A DNA stretch of 64,000 bases from Macrostomum lignano. Its lineage: Eukaryota. Of this stretch, positions 16,201-40,206 are shown piece after piece (position 1 is the first letter of the stretch; each line of letters opens with the position of its first letter). A model generated the notes under the pieces. That model did not search any database and had not been told where the DNA came from. It saw only the letters and a list, made by a program, of their open reading frames with translations. Where the stretch lies: contig NIVC01000070.1 of NCBI GenBank assembly GCA_002269645.1, positions 930,001 to 994,000 on the forward strand. The letters run 5' to 3'. Position numbers and translations under genes: made by a program.

Positions 16201-19200
16201 CACTGCAGGTCACATCGCACTGCAGGACACACGGCACTGCAGGACACACGGCACTGCAGGACACACGGCACTGCAGGACACACGGCACTGCAGGACACAC
16301 GGCACTTCAGGACACACGACACTGCAGGACACACGATACTGCAGGACACACGGCACTGCAGGACACACGGCACTGCAGGACACACGGCACACACGGCACT
16401 GCAGGACACACGGCACACACGGCACTGCAGGACACACGGCACACACGGCACTGCAAGACACATGGCACACACGGCACTGCAGGACACACGGCACACACGG
16501 CACTGCAAGACACATGGCACACACGGCACTGCAGGACACACGGCACTGCAGGACACACGGAACTGCAGGAGACACGGCACTGCAGGAGACACGGCACTGC
16601 AGGACACACGGCACTGCAGGACACACGACACTGCAGGACACACGGCACTGCAGGACACACGGCACTGCAGGACACACGGCACTGCAGGACACACGGCACT
16701 GCAGGACACACGGCACTTCAGGAGACACGGCACTGCAGGACACACGACACTGCAGGACACACGGCACTTCAGGACACACGGCACTGCAGGACACACGGCA
16801 CTTCAGGAGACACGGCACTGCAGGACACACGACACTGCAGGACACACGACACTGCAGGACACACGGCACATACGGCACTGCAGGACACACGGCACTGCAG
16901 GACACACGGCACACACGGCACTGCAGGACACACGGCACTGCAGGACACACGGCACTGCAGGACACACGGCACACACGGCACTGCAGGACACACGGCACAC
17001 ACGGCACTGCAGGACACACGGCACACACGGCACTGCAGGACACACGGCACACACGGCACTGCAGGACACACGGCACACACGGCACTGCAGGACACACGGC
17101 ACACACGGCACTGCAGGACACACGGCACTGCAGGACACACGGCACTGCAGGACACACGGCACTGCAGGACACACGGCACTGCAGGACACACGGCACTGCA
17201 GGACACACGGCACTGCAGGACACACGGCACTGCAGGACACACGGCACACACGGCACTGCAGGACATACGGCACACACGGCACTGCAGGACACACGGCACA
17301 CACGGCACTGCAGGACACACGGCACACACGGCACTACAGGACACACGGCACACACGGCACTGCAGGACACACGGCACTGCAGGACACACGGCACACACGG
17401 CACTGCAGGACACACGGCACTGCAGGACACACGGCACTGCAGGACACACGGCACTGCAGGACACACGGCACTGCAGGACACACGGCACTGCAGGACACAC
17501 GGCACTGCAGGAGACACGGCACTGCAGGACACAGGGCACTGCAGGACACACGGCACTGCAGGACACACGGCACTGCAGGACACACGGCACTGCAGGACAC
17601 ACGGCACTGCAGGACACACGGCACTGCAGGAGACACGGCACTGCAGGAGACATCGCAGTGCAGGACACACGGCACTGCAGGACACACGGCACTGCTGGAC
17701 ACACGGCACTGCAGGACACACGGCACTGCAGGACACACGGCACACACGGCACTGCAGGACACATGGCACACACGGCACTGCAGGACACACGGCACATACG
17801 GCACTGCAGGACACACGGCACTGCAGGACACACGGCACACACGGCACTGCAGGACACACGGCACTGCAGGACACACGGCACACACGGCACTGCAGGACAC
17901 ACGGCACTGCAGGACACACGGCACTGCAGGACACACGGCACTGCAGGACACACGGCACACACGGCACTGCAGGACACACGGCACACACGGCACTGCAGGA
18001 CACACGGCACACACGGCACTGCAGGACACATGGCACACACGGCACTGCAGGACACACGGCACACACGGCACTGCAGGACACACGGCACTGCAGGACACAC
18101 GGCACACACGGCACTGCAGGACACACGGCACTGCAGGACACACGGCACTGCAGGAGACACGGCACTGCAGGAGACACGGCACTGCAGGACACACGACACT
18201 GCAGGACACACGACACTGCAGGACACACGGCACTGCAGGACACACGGCACACACGGCACTGCAGGACACACGGCACACACGGCACTGCAGGACACACGGC
18301 ACACACGGCACTGCAGGACACACGGCACTGCAGAACACACGGCACTGCAGGACACACGGCACACACGGCACTGCAGGACACACGGCACTGCAGGACACAC
18401 GGCACTGCAGGACACACGGCACTGCAGGACACACGGCACTGCAGGACACACGGCACTGCAGGACACACGGCACTGCAGGACACACGGCACTGCAGGACAC
18501 ACGGCACTGCAGGACACACGGCACTGCAGGACACACGGCACACACGGCACTGCAGGACATACGGCACACACGGCACTGCAGGACACACGGCACACACGGC
18601 ACTGCAGGACACACGGCACACACGGCACTGCAGGACACACGGCACACACGGCACTGCAGGACACACGGTACTGCAGGACACACGGCACACACGGCACTGC
18701 AGGACACACGGCACTGCAGGACACACGGCACTGCAGGACACACGGCACTGCAGGAGACACGGCACTGCAGGACACACGGCACTGCAGGACACACGACACT
18801 GCAGGACACAGGGCACTGCAGGACACATCGCACTGCAGGACACACGGCACTGCAGGACACACGGCACTGCAGGACACACGGCACTGCAGGACACACGGCA
18901 CTTCAGGACACACGACACTGCAGGACACACGATACTGCAGGACACACGGCACTGCAGGACACACGGCACTGCAGGACACACGGCACACACGGCACTGCAG
19001 GACACACGGCACACACGGCACTGCAGGACACACGGCACACACGGCACTGCAAGACACATGGCACACACGGCACTGCAGGACACACGGCACACACGGCACT
19101 GCAAGACACATGGCACACACGGCACTGCAGGACACACGGCACTGCAGGACACACGGCACTGCAGGAGACACGGCACTGCAGGAGACACGGCACTGCAGGA

Positions 19201-20662
19201 CACACGGCACTGCAGGACACACGACACTGCAGGACACACGGCACTGCAGGACACACGGCACTGCAGGACACACGGCACTGCAGGACACACGGCACTTCAG
19301 GAGACACGGCACTGCAGGACACACGACACTGCAGGACACACGGCACTTCAGGACACACGGCACTGCAGGACACACGGCACTTCAGGAGACACGGCACTGC
19401 AGGACACACGACACTGCAGGACACACGACACTGCAGGACACACGGCACTGCAGGAGACACGGCACTGCAGGACACACGGCACACACGGCACTGCAGGACA
19501 CACGGCACTGCAGGACACACGGAACACACGGCACTGCAGGACACACGGCACACACGGCACTGCAGGACACACGGCACACACGGCACTGCAGGACACACGG
19601 CACACACGGCACTGCAGGACACACGGCACTGCAGGACACACGGCACTGCAGGACACACGGCACTGCAGGACACACGGCACTGCAGGACACACGGCACTGC
19701 AGGACACACGGCACTGCAGGACACACGGCACACACGGCACTGCAGGACATACGGCACACACGGCACTGCAGGACACACGGCACACACGGCACTGCAGGAC
19801 ACACGGCACACACGGCACTGCAGGACACACGGCACACACGGCACTGCAGGACACACGGCACTGCAGGACACACGGCACACACGGCACTGCAGGACACACG
19901 GCACTGCAGGACACACGGCACTGCAGGACACACGGCACTGCAGGACACACGGCACTGCAGGACACACGGCACTGCAGGACACACGGCACTGCAGGACACA
20001 CGGCACTGCAGGACACACGGCACTGCAGGACACACGGCACTGCAGGACACACGGCACTGCAGGACACACGACACTGCAGGACACAGGGCACTGCAGGACA
20101 CACGGCACTTCAGGACACACGACACTGCAGGACACACGACACTGCAGGACACACGGCACTGCAGGACACACGGCACTGCAGGACACACGGCACACACGGC
20201 ACTGCAGGACACACGGCACTGCAGGACACACGGCACACACGGCACTGCAGGACACACGGCACACACGGCACTGCAGGACACACGGCACACACGGCACTGC
20301 AGGACACATGGCACTCACGGCACTGCAGGACACACGGCACACACGGCACTGCAGGACACACGGCACACACGGCACTGCAGGACACACGGCACTGCAGGAC
20401 ACACGGCACTGCAGGAGACACGGCACTGCAGGACACACGGCACTGCAGGACACACGACACTGCAGGACACACGGCACTGCAGGACACACGGCACTGCAGG
20501 ACACACGGCACTGCAGGACACACGGCACTTCAGGAGACACGGCACTGCAGGACACACGACACTGCAGGACACACGGCACTGCAGGACACACGGCACTGCA
20601 GGACACACGGCACTGCAGGAGACACGGCACTGCAGGACACACGGCACTGCAGGACACACGGC
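4280..20662 (+). repeat. 16.4-kb satellite array, 17-bp unit CACTGCAGGACACACGG (PstI site) plus 9-bp CACACACGG insertions; higher-order repeats of ~1.9-2.3 kb
   Basis: Direct tandem repetition; rare variants recur: CTGTAGG (TAG ending 5882 and 8161, period 2279) and CAGGTCACATCG (~10396, 12349, 14223, 16210). Confidence 0.98.
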
Positions 20663-20871
20663 AGTAAGGCTTGACAAATTAAAACAAAGCGAAAGAGTCT
20701 CAGGCTCATAATAGGTTGCCTCAGCATGTGCAAGGAATTGCAATCCAACAACGCCTTTACTGAAGTACGAAGTACTCGTATATTGTGTTGTAGGTAGGGG
20801 CGTGGGACAGGCTGGAGAATGATGTTAAGTCCAACAGGAAGCTGCAGGCAACAATGGGCCCTCGAAAATCT

Positions 20872-20877
20872 TTTATT
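20872..20877 (-). terminator. Candidate polyadenylation signal (AATAAA) of the NPF gene
   Basis: tttatt on + strand ~240 nt downstream of the NPF stop codon. Confidence 0.45.
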
Positions 20878-21118
20878 TGACAAAATAAGCCACTCCTGAT
20901 TTTAATATACAAGTAAACTAAACATGTGTAGGCAAACCCTTTGGGAACTTTCGCACCTGTGCCCGAATTTCACTTCAAGCGGGGCCATGTCTATTGTAGT
21001 AGGATAAAATTGGAGTGCCCAGTTTGTCAATCAACATCTGATCCATTCATTATACGATAGGCGCTGTCAGTCTCTGCCTGCCCGTCCCTCGGGTCCTCGC
21101 AGCAGGTCAAGCTGAAGC

Positions 21119-21601
21119 TTAGCGCCTCCTCTTGCCAAATCTGAAATTGGACCGTTAATTAATGCAGCAGTGAAACTTGCAATTTAATGATTGTCACGAA
21201 GCTTTATTTATCAATGTAGGAGGGAGAGAGTTGGGGGGCCAGGAGAAAAGGTTAGAAGGGATGGGGTAAAGGGAAGCGGCGCTTCTGGTGCTGGCAGCGT
21301 AGAAGAGGAATGGAGAGTTTAAGAAGGAAAATAGATATTGAGACGGGAGATAAGATAGGGAATATAGAGGCAAGATAGACAGAGAGCTGGAATGCCGAAA
21401 GAAAGCAAGGGGATTAAACCAGGCGAGAGCAACTGAGGGGAACCTGCGGCTGAGATAATCGGCTTGAGAAGTTCGAGACAAACTGAGGGGGGTGGTGGGA
21501 CGCTCTTCAACAAAACTTCCTCGCCTCCCTCGTAATGAGGATTAAATTCCCCAGAGAATCAGCCCTGGCTGGCTGCTAGCTAATTAAAAAGTTAGCAAAA
21601 T

Positions 21602-21654
<53 letters not shown>

Positions 21655-22330
21655 GGTGATTGCTATCGGAGCTGCGCTGATGAATCGGAAGAGCGGAAGG
21701 AGGGTTGCGGCGCCACCGCTGCGCCCGTTTTTAATGAAAAATTTCAAAATGAAAAATGAAAGGGGTGGCGGGGGCCGGCTACGCGATCTGAGGATCTGGG
21801 GTTTTGGAGGTTGGGAACTAAAGATCTATCATGATTCTGGCGTCTGGTACGAGTATGGGGCTTAAGGATCTTGGATATGCGATCTGAGGAACTTGATGAT
21901 GGGTCTGAGGATCTGGGGATCTGAGGATCTGGAGATCTGAGAATCTGGGGATCTGAGGATCTGGGGATCTGAGGATCTGGGGATCTGAGGATCTGAGGAT
22001 CTGGGGATCTGGGGATCTGAGGATCTGGGGATCTGAGGATCTGGTGAACTGAGATCTGGGGGTCTGAGGATCTTACCTGGGCCGGCTGACCATGGCATAG
22101 TACACCTGTAGCCTGTCCAGATAATCCTTCAAGGCTGCCTCGGATTCGAAGTCGCCGTTATCGCCGGTGGTGGCTCCGCCATCTCCCAGCTCCCTAGCCC
22201 TGTCTGAGTCCACAGCCGACTGCAGCAGTTCGGCCACTGCGGCTCGCGGCCTGGCTTCAACTTGCTGCACCAGGCAGCAAGCGACCGCGGCGAAGGTGAC
22301 GGCGAGGACAAGCAGTGCGACACTCTTCAT
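21119..22330 (-). CDS. npf: Neuropeptide F / NPY-family precursor, 91 aa; exons 22330-22077 and 21140-21119
   Basis: Signal peptide MKSVALLVLAVTFAAVACCLVQQVEA; C-terminus DYLDRLQVYYAMVSRPR|FGKRRR*; Tyr at -10 and -17 from the amidated Phe; donor CCCAG|gtaaga at 22077/22076 and acceptor ccaatttcag|A at 21141/21140 give the phase-2 intron in the penultimate Arg codon typical of NPY/NPF genes; G-KR amidation/cleavage signal. Confidence 0.93.
21605..21652 (+). repeat. (AG)n microsatellite in NPF intron
   Basis: 24 AG units. Confidence 0.95.
21880..22072 (+). repeat. GATCTGGG/GATCTGAG short-unit tandem repeat at the 5' end of the NPF intron
   Basis: Tandem repetition starting a few nt after the donor site. 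Confidence 0.85.
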
Positions 22331-22430
22331 GGCTCAGATTGTTTGCTTGGCCTGTTGTTGGCTTCGTTAGTTCGTATAGAATATTCTTCTGGCGTCTCGG
22401 CAAGCGAGGGAGATCCGCGACTGCGACGCA

Positions 22431-22485
22431 TTTATAGCCGCGGCTCCGAGACGGGGCCTCTGGGCGGGGATGTCCGGTGATTGGC
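22431..22485 (-). promoter_or_regulatory. NPF core promoter: TATA box (22431-22436), GC box (22462-22467), CCAAT box (22480-22484)
   Basis: TATAAA ~100 nt upstream of the ATG on the - strand, with GGGCGG and CCAAT at canonical distances upstream. Confidence 0.6.
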
Positions 22486-22549
22486 TGGCTGGGGGAATGC
22501 GTCTCCTCAGTAGGGCTTGGAATGATTTTAAGGAGGAATAACACGTTGG

Positions 22550-23785
22550 AGAGTGACACAGGAGTGACACGCATTTAAGACATGGAGTGACACACTGGAG
22601 AATTAGAGTGACACACTTTGAAGACAGGGAGTGACACATTGGAGACAGGGAGTGACATACTGGAGACAGGGAGTGACACATTGGAGACAGGGAGTGACAT
22701 ACTGGAGACAGGGAGTGACACATTGGAGACAGGGAGTGACATACTGGAGACAGGGAGTGACACATTGGAGACAGGGAGTGACATACTGGAGACAGGGAGT
22801 GACACATTGGAGACAGGGAGTGACATACTGGAGACAGGGAGTGACACATTAAAGACAGGGAGTGACACACATTGAAGATAAGGAGTGACACACATTTTAG
22901 ACAGGGAAGTGACATTAATAGGAGACGGAGAGTGACACATGGAAGACAGAGAGTGACACAGGGAGTGACGCACATTGGAGACGCGGGTGTCACACAGGAG
23001 ACAGGGAGTGACACATTGAAGACGGAGTGACATATCAAAGACAGGAAGAGACACGTTGGAGACAGGGAGTGAAACTCATAGGAGACAGGGAGTGACACAT
23101 CAAAGACAGGAAGAGACACATTGGAGACAGGGAGTGACACATTGAAGACAGGGAGTGACACATTGAAGACAGGGAGTGACACACATTGAAGATAAGAAGT
23201 GACACACATTGAAGATAAGAAGTGACACACATTGAAGATAAGAAGTGACACACATTGAAGACAGGGAGTGACACACATTGAAGACAGGGAGTGACACACA
23301 TTGAAGACAGGGAGTGACACACATTGAAGATAAGAAGTGACACACATTGAAGACAGGGAGTGACACACATTGAAGACAGGGAGTGACACACATTGAAGAT
23401 AAGAAGTGACACACATTGAAGACAGGGAGTGACACACATTGAAGATAAGAAGTGACACACATTGAAGACAGGGAGTGACACACATTGAAGATAAGAAGTG
23501 ACACACATTGAAGATAAGAAGTGACACACATTGAAGACAGGGAGTGACACACATTGAAGACAGGGAGTGACACACATTGAAGATAAGAAGTGACACACAT
23601 TGAATACAGGGAGTGATACACTGGAGATATTGAGTGAAACACATTTTAGACAGGGAAGTGACACAAATACGAGACGGGGAGTGACACATGGAAGACATAG
23701 AGTGACACAGGGAGTGACGCACATTGGAGACGCAGGCGTCACACAGGAGACGGAGTGACACAATAGAGAAACAGAAGTGTGACAT
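22550..23785 (+). repeat. Minisatellite, 21-23-bp unit GA(A/G)GACAGGGAGTGACACA(CA)TT / GAAGATAAGAAGTGACACACATT
   Basis: Direct tandem repetition with two sub-families; lies just upstream of the NPF promoter. Confidence 0.93.
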
Positions 23786-24364
23786 GGGAAACTGAGGTGT
23801 TCAGAGACAGCAATGGCCCGAAGGAGAATGGATCTGAATTCATCAATTCATTTGCAATGTTGCTTTGGCTATAAAAAGCTCAGAAGCGATTAGTCAGTTC
23901 CATTTCGATGTTATTGCATTATCTATACAAGGTGCTAATTGATTTAGCCATTGTCAAATATGCTTTGTTAGCATATCTGCAGTATTAGGGGCAGTACTGC
24001 GTAGTTATTGCCCAAAATTATCAGGTGCAAAGTGAAATCCATTACAGTGGCAGAATCTCATTGCAGATGGTTAGGTTTTTATAATTGCTTCGGGTTGTCA
24101 ATGTAAACAGACTGCACAGCGCGGGTGGACAGAGTTAAATGAGTTTTTTTGCATTCGCTTGAAATTTTCATCAGTTGGTTTCCATAAGGTTTCTTCGGTG
24201 ACCATTTTAAACATACTGCCAACTTCTCATTAGTGAAGTATTGATTAATTGCTTGTTGACTGATTGACACCTGCGGGACTGCCTGTTGCTGTTTGGCCAA
24301 TCCCAATGTACTTTTATATACTTCAGGTGTTCTAATGCGTTTCTACAATAATTAACTTCAGCGC

Positions 24365-24820
24365 GAATTGTGTCTTTTGGTGCTAAATTGTGTCTTTTGG
24401 GTGCCAAATTCTGTCTTATCGGTGCCAAATTGTGTCTTTTAAGTGCTAAATTGTGTCTTATGAGTGCCAAATTGTGTCTTTCGGTGCCAAATCGTGTCTT
24501 TTCGGTCCCGAATTGTGTCTTTCGGTGCCAAATTGTGTCTTTTAGGTGCCGAATTGTGTCTTATCGGTGTCGAATTGTGTCTTATCGGTGTCGAATTGTG
24601 TCTTATCGGTGTCGAATTGTGTCTAATCGGTGCCAAATTGTGTCTTATCGGTGCCGAATTGTGTCCTATCGGTGTCGAATTGTGTCTTATCGGTGTCAAA
24701 TAGTGTCTTATTGGTGCCAAATTGTGTCTTATTGGTGCCAAATTGTGTCTTATCGGTGTCAAATTGTGTCTTATCGGTGCCAAATAGTGTCTTATCGGTG
24801 CCAAATTGTGTCTTATCGGT
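24365..24820 (+). repeat. Minisatellite, 21-bp unit GGTGCCAAATTGTGTCTTATC
   Basis: Direct tandem repetition. Confidence 0.93.
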
Positions 24821-25272
24821 CGCAGGTGCGGTTGGTCGGAAATGAAATTATTCTGACTCATAGATGACCACTGGACTGTGACAGTAACCAGCTTAGCTTA
24901 GAAATGTTTACTCTGCAGACCATAGCAGTCAAAACAATTTTTTCTTACTCAGTTTACGAGTCATTAGAAAACGCCTGACTTGAAACAAAAACAAAATGCT
25001 TCGTACCTTGACTGGTGAGTCAATGAAGACAGGCAGAATGGCTGGCACAGAGAGTGGATCTAGCAGCAGGCTGGGAGTGGTTAAACACACATCTCATTGT
25101 GCCATGGACTGCTTGTTTACTGGGGTTTAACAGGAACGGAAGGGCGCAGAGGTCACGCATGGAGCAGTGTACATTGGTTACTAATAAAAAGCCTAATTCT
25201 CTGTGAGTTGAAGACTAAGAAATTAAATCCAGATTGCTTAAAACTTGACAAAAAAATTGTTTTTCTATCAAA

Positions 25273-37309
<12,037 letters not shown>

Positions 37310-37555
37310 GGATGCTGGTGCACTGATGCGGCAGCTGAGAGGCTGATTCCAGCAGTTTTTACAGCCTATATGAGTGCTTTTGAGTGTATTTTTTATTCAC
37401 TAATGTTTTGTTTTTGTATAAAAAAGATAAACTTCGATCAATATACGAGCGTAGGTCAAAGCTTTAACGAGCGGAAATGCATACCGTAAGAATCTGCATC
37501 ACTGTTCCCGAAATTTGATTTTTTTGCAATTCGTTTCCTCCTTCGATGTGCACTG

Positions 37556-39047
37556 GGTTACGCAGTTATTGGGTCATAGAGCTAGTGGGTCATGCAGTTA
37601 TTGGGTCACAGAGCTAGTGTGTCATGCAGTTATTGGGTCATAGAGCTAGTCGGTCATGGACTAGTGGGTCATGAACTATAGTGGGTCATGGACTATAGTA
37701 GGTCATATGAAAAGTGGGTCATGGACTATAATGGGCCATGGACTATAGTGGGTCAGAGACTAGCGGGTCATGCAGTTATTGGGTCATAAAGCTAGTGGGT
37801 CATGCAGTTTTTGGGTCATAGATGTAGTGGGCCATGGACTTGTGGGTCATGCAGTTATTGGGTCATAGATGTGCAATCGTGCCCTTTTTTAGCCTTACTG
37901 CCGCACCCCGGCCCTTCCAGTCTGCCCCACCCCTTTTTTTTCTCCATCAGTAATCAATGCGTACGCTGTCGCTGATCACGCCACCTTACACCTCACCTCC
38001 CATACCGTACATTTATTCTTAAGTTATATTCATGTACGCGCAGGACAAGTGAAAAAAATATACTGAATGGCCTGACGGCAGTAGCATCGCGAGTCGGCCT
38101 CATGCTGAACGCGCGGAAGACGGTAGCGGACAACGCCGAGACCTGGACCCTGACGGACGCTTTGGAGAAGCAGCTGGACGCTGCGCATGCATGCGCGCTC
38201 TACACGAGGGCACGCCTGATGCGGCCTTCTGACCTGCTGCTCGAGCGGCTGGGGGTGTGACGTTCTGAGGGCTATGGCCTAGAGACGCGCTCTCTGACTT
38301 CTCCCCCCTTTCTGAAGTACTTTGTTGTTGTTGTTGTTGTATATGATGAAGTCGCTGCCTGGTGGGCAGCCCCCTCCCCTTGCTTGCCTTTGGTCCGCCT
38401 CCGTTGGCTATTGAGCAAAACTAAGTACTTGTCTACCATGAAAAGTGCACGGCGAACTGCATCGGCTTTGTTCGTGAGCTACTGTTCTTTTCCTGCTTCT
38501 CCCTAGGGCGCGGGATGGGAGCCTTGACTGGGAACCTGGGGGGTCGCAGCTTCCCACGAGTTAGGCTGCCGGCGTCGCTCCGAAGGGGGGGGGGGCAGAA
38601 CAACGCCTAGAGCTAGTGGGTCATGAACTAGTGGGTCAAAGAATATTTGGTCATAGACTAGGGGTTCATAGACTAGTGGGTCATAGAATAGTGGGTCATG
38701 GACTAGTTGGTCATAGAATAGTGGGTCATGGACTAGTTGGTCGTAGAATAGTGGGTCATGGACTAGTTGGTCATAGAATAGTGGGTCATGGACTAGTTGG
38801 TCATAGAATAGTAGGTCATGGACTAGTTGGTCATAGAATAGTGGGTCATGGACTAGTTGGTCATAGAATAGTGGGTCATGGACTAGTTGGTCATAGAATA
38901 GTAGGTCATGGACTAGTTGGTCATAGAATAGTGGGTCATGGACTAGTTGGTCATAGAATAGTGGGTCATGGACTAGTTGGTCATAGAATAGTGGGTCATG
39001 GACTAGTTGGTCATAGAATAGTGGGTCATGGACTAGTTGGTCATAGT
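37556..39047 (+). repeat. 15/30-bp satellite GGACTAGTTGGTCATAGAATAGTGGGTCAT: degenerate part 37556-37873, homogeneous part 38608-39047, interrupted by an insertion
   Basis: Same unit family on both sides of a ~730-bp unique insert. Confidence 0.9.
37874..38607 (+). mobile_element. Insertion containing an internally deleted non-LTR retrotransposon (RTE-like) reverse-transcriptase fragment (~38057-38260) followed by a (GTT)n tract
   Basis: Frame reads ILNGLTAVASRVGLMLNARKT (post-YADD motif L..L...A..VGL.LN..KT) fused to DNAETWTLTDALEKQLDAAH (RTE C-terminal YxxETWTL-type motif); (TTG)6 at ~38322-38340. Confidence 0.6.
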
Positions 39048-39394
39048 ACAAGGGAATCAAAGAGCTCTAGTTTATTTCGTATATTTACCAAGACAAATTG
39101 GAATAATTATTTTTATGCTTCGTAAATATAAATAATCAGCAAAATAGTTTTCAATAATACATGTATATTTTATTGAGCTTTAAATAATAGTAAAATATGG
39201 CAAAATTATAGCATAATAAATCAACTTCTGCAGAAAATATTGCGTGATAAACAGACACACAAAAATTGTCACTAATAATCAACGTTTGGTAAAATAACTG
39301 CAATAAATCCAAATGGAATAAAAGTATTGATTAGTTGTTAGTGTAAAATTTATTTGTTATAGTGCGAAAATTCATTCAGGATCCACTCACATCT

Positions 39395-40075
39395 AACAAT
39401 GAGCAATTTCCATCTGTCTATGACCAACTCACATCTGTCAATGACCAACTCACTTCTGTCAATGACCAACTTATATCTGTCAATGACCAGCTCAGATCTG
39501 TCAATGACCAACTCAAATTTATCAATGACCAACTCACATCTGTCTATGACTAACCTATATTTGTCTATGACCAACTTATATCTGTCTATGACCAACTCAC
39601 ATTTATCAATGACCAACTTATATCTGTCTATGACCAACTTATATCTGTCTATGACCAACTTATATCTGTCTATGACCAAGCTCAGATCTGTCAATGACCA
39701 ACTCAGATCTGTCAATGACCAGCTCAGATCTGTCAATGACCAACTCAGATCTATCAATGACCAAATTACATCTATCAATAACCAACTCCAACTCGTATTT
39801 ATCAATGACCAACTCAGATTTATCAATGACCAAATCACATCTATCAATGACCAAATCACATCTATCAATGACCAACTTACATCTATCAGTGACAAAATCA
39901 CATCTATCAATGACCAAATCACATCTATCAATGACCAACTCCAACTCGCATTTATCAATCACCAACTCCAACTCGCATTTATCAATGACCAACTCCAACT
40001 CGCATTTATCAATGACCAACTCCAACTCGCATTTATCAATGACCAACTCCAACTCGCATTTATCAATGACCAACT
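39395..40075 (+). repeat. Minisatellite, 21-bp unit AATGACCAACTCACATCTATC (27-bp variants), downstream of the CRYM stop
   Basis: Direct tandem repetition; reverse complement of the 40620-40925 array. Confidence 0.93.
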
Positions 40076-40206
40076 GATGCCATCTTCAATGATAAATTAA
40101 CATTATACCATAGTCAACAGACCTATAAGCAACTCAATGAACTCATGAAAACAAATGAGCAATTAGCATCTACCAATAACCAATAGGCTGTCACCAATGA
40201 CCAGTT

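Noticed and set aside
4082-20711. Giant ORFs (up to 5463 aa; HCRTHGTAG/QDTR and Cys-rich CPAVPCVLQCRVS) resembling keratin-associated or metallothionein-like proteins
   Set aside because: All frames on both strands translate a 17-bp unit that lacks stop codons; the unit is not a multiple of 3, so every frame gives the same peptide cycle. No signal peptide, codon structure or splice support
22618-22875. ETGSDIL/ETGSDTL heptad ORF reminiscent of ice-binding or beta-solenoid repeats
   Set aside because: In-frame reading of a 21-bp satellite; no signal peptide or flanking gene structure
38503-39125. YDQLVHDPLF and GHRIVGHGLV decapeptide ORFs
   Set aside because: Both strands of a 30-bp satellite; no independent coding evidence
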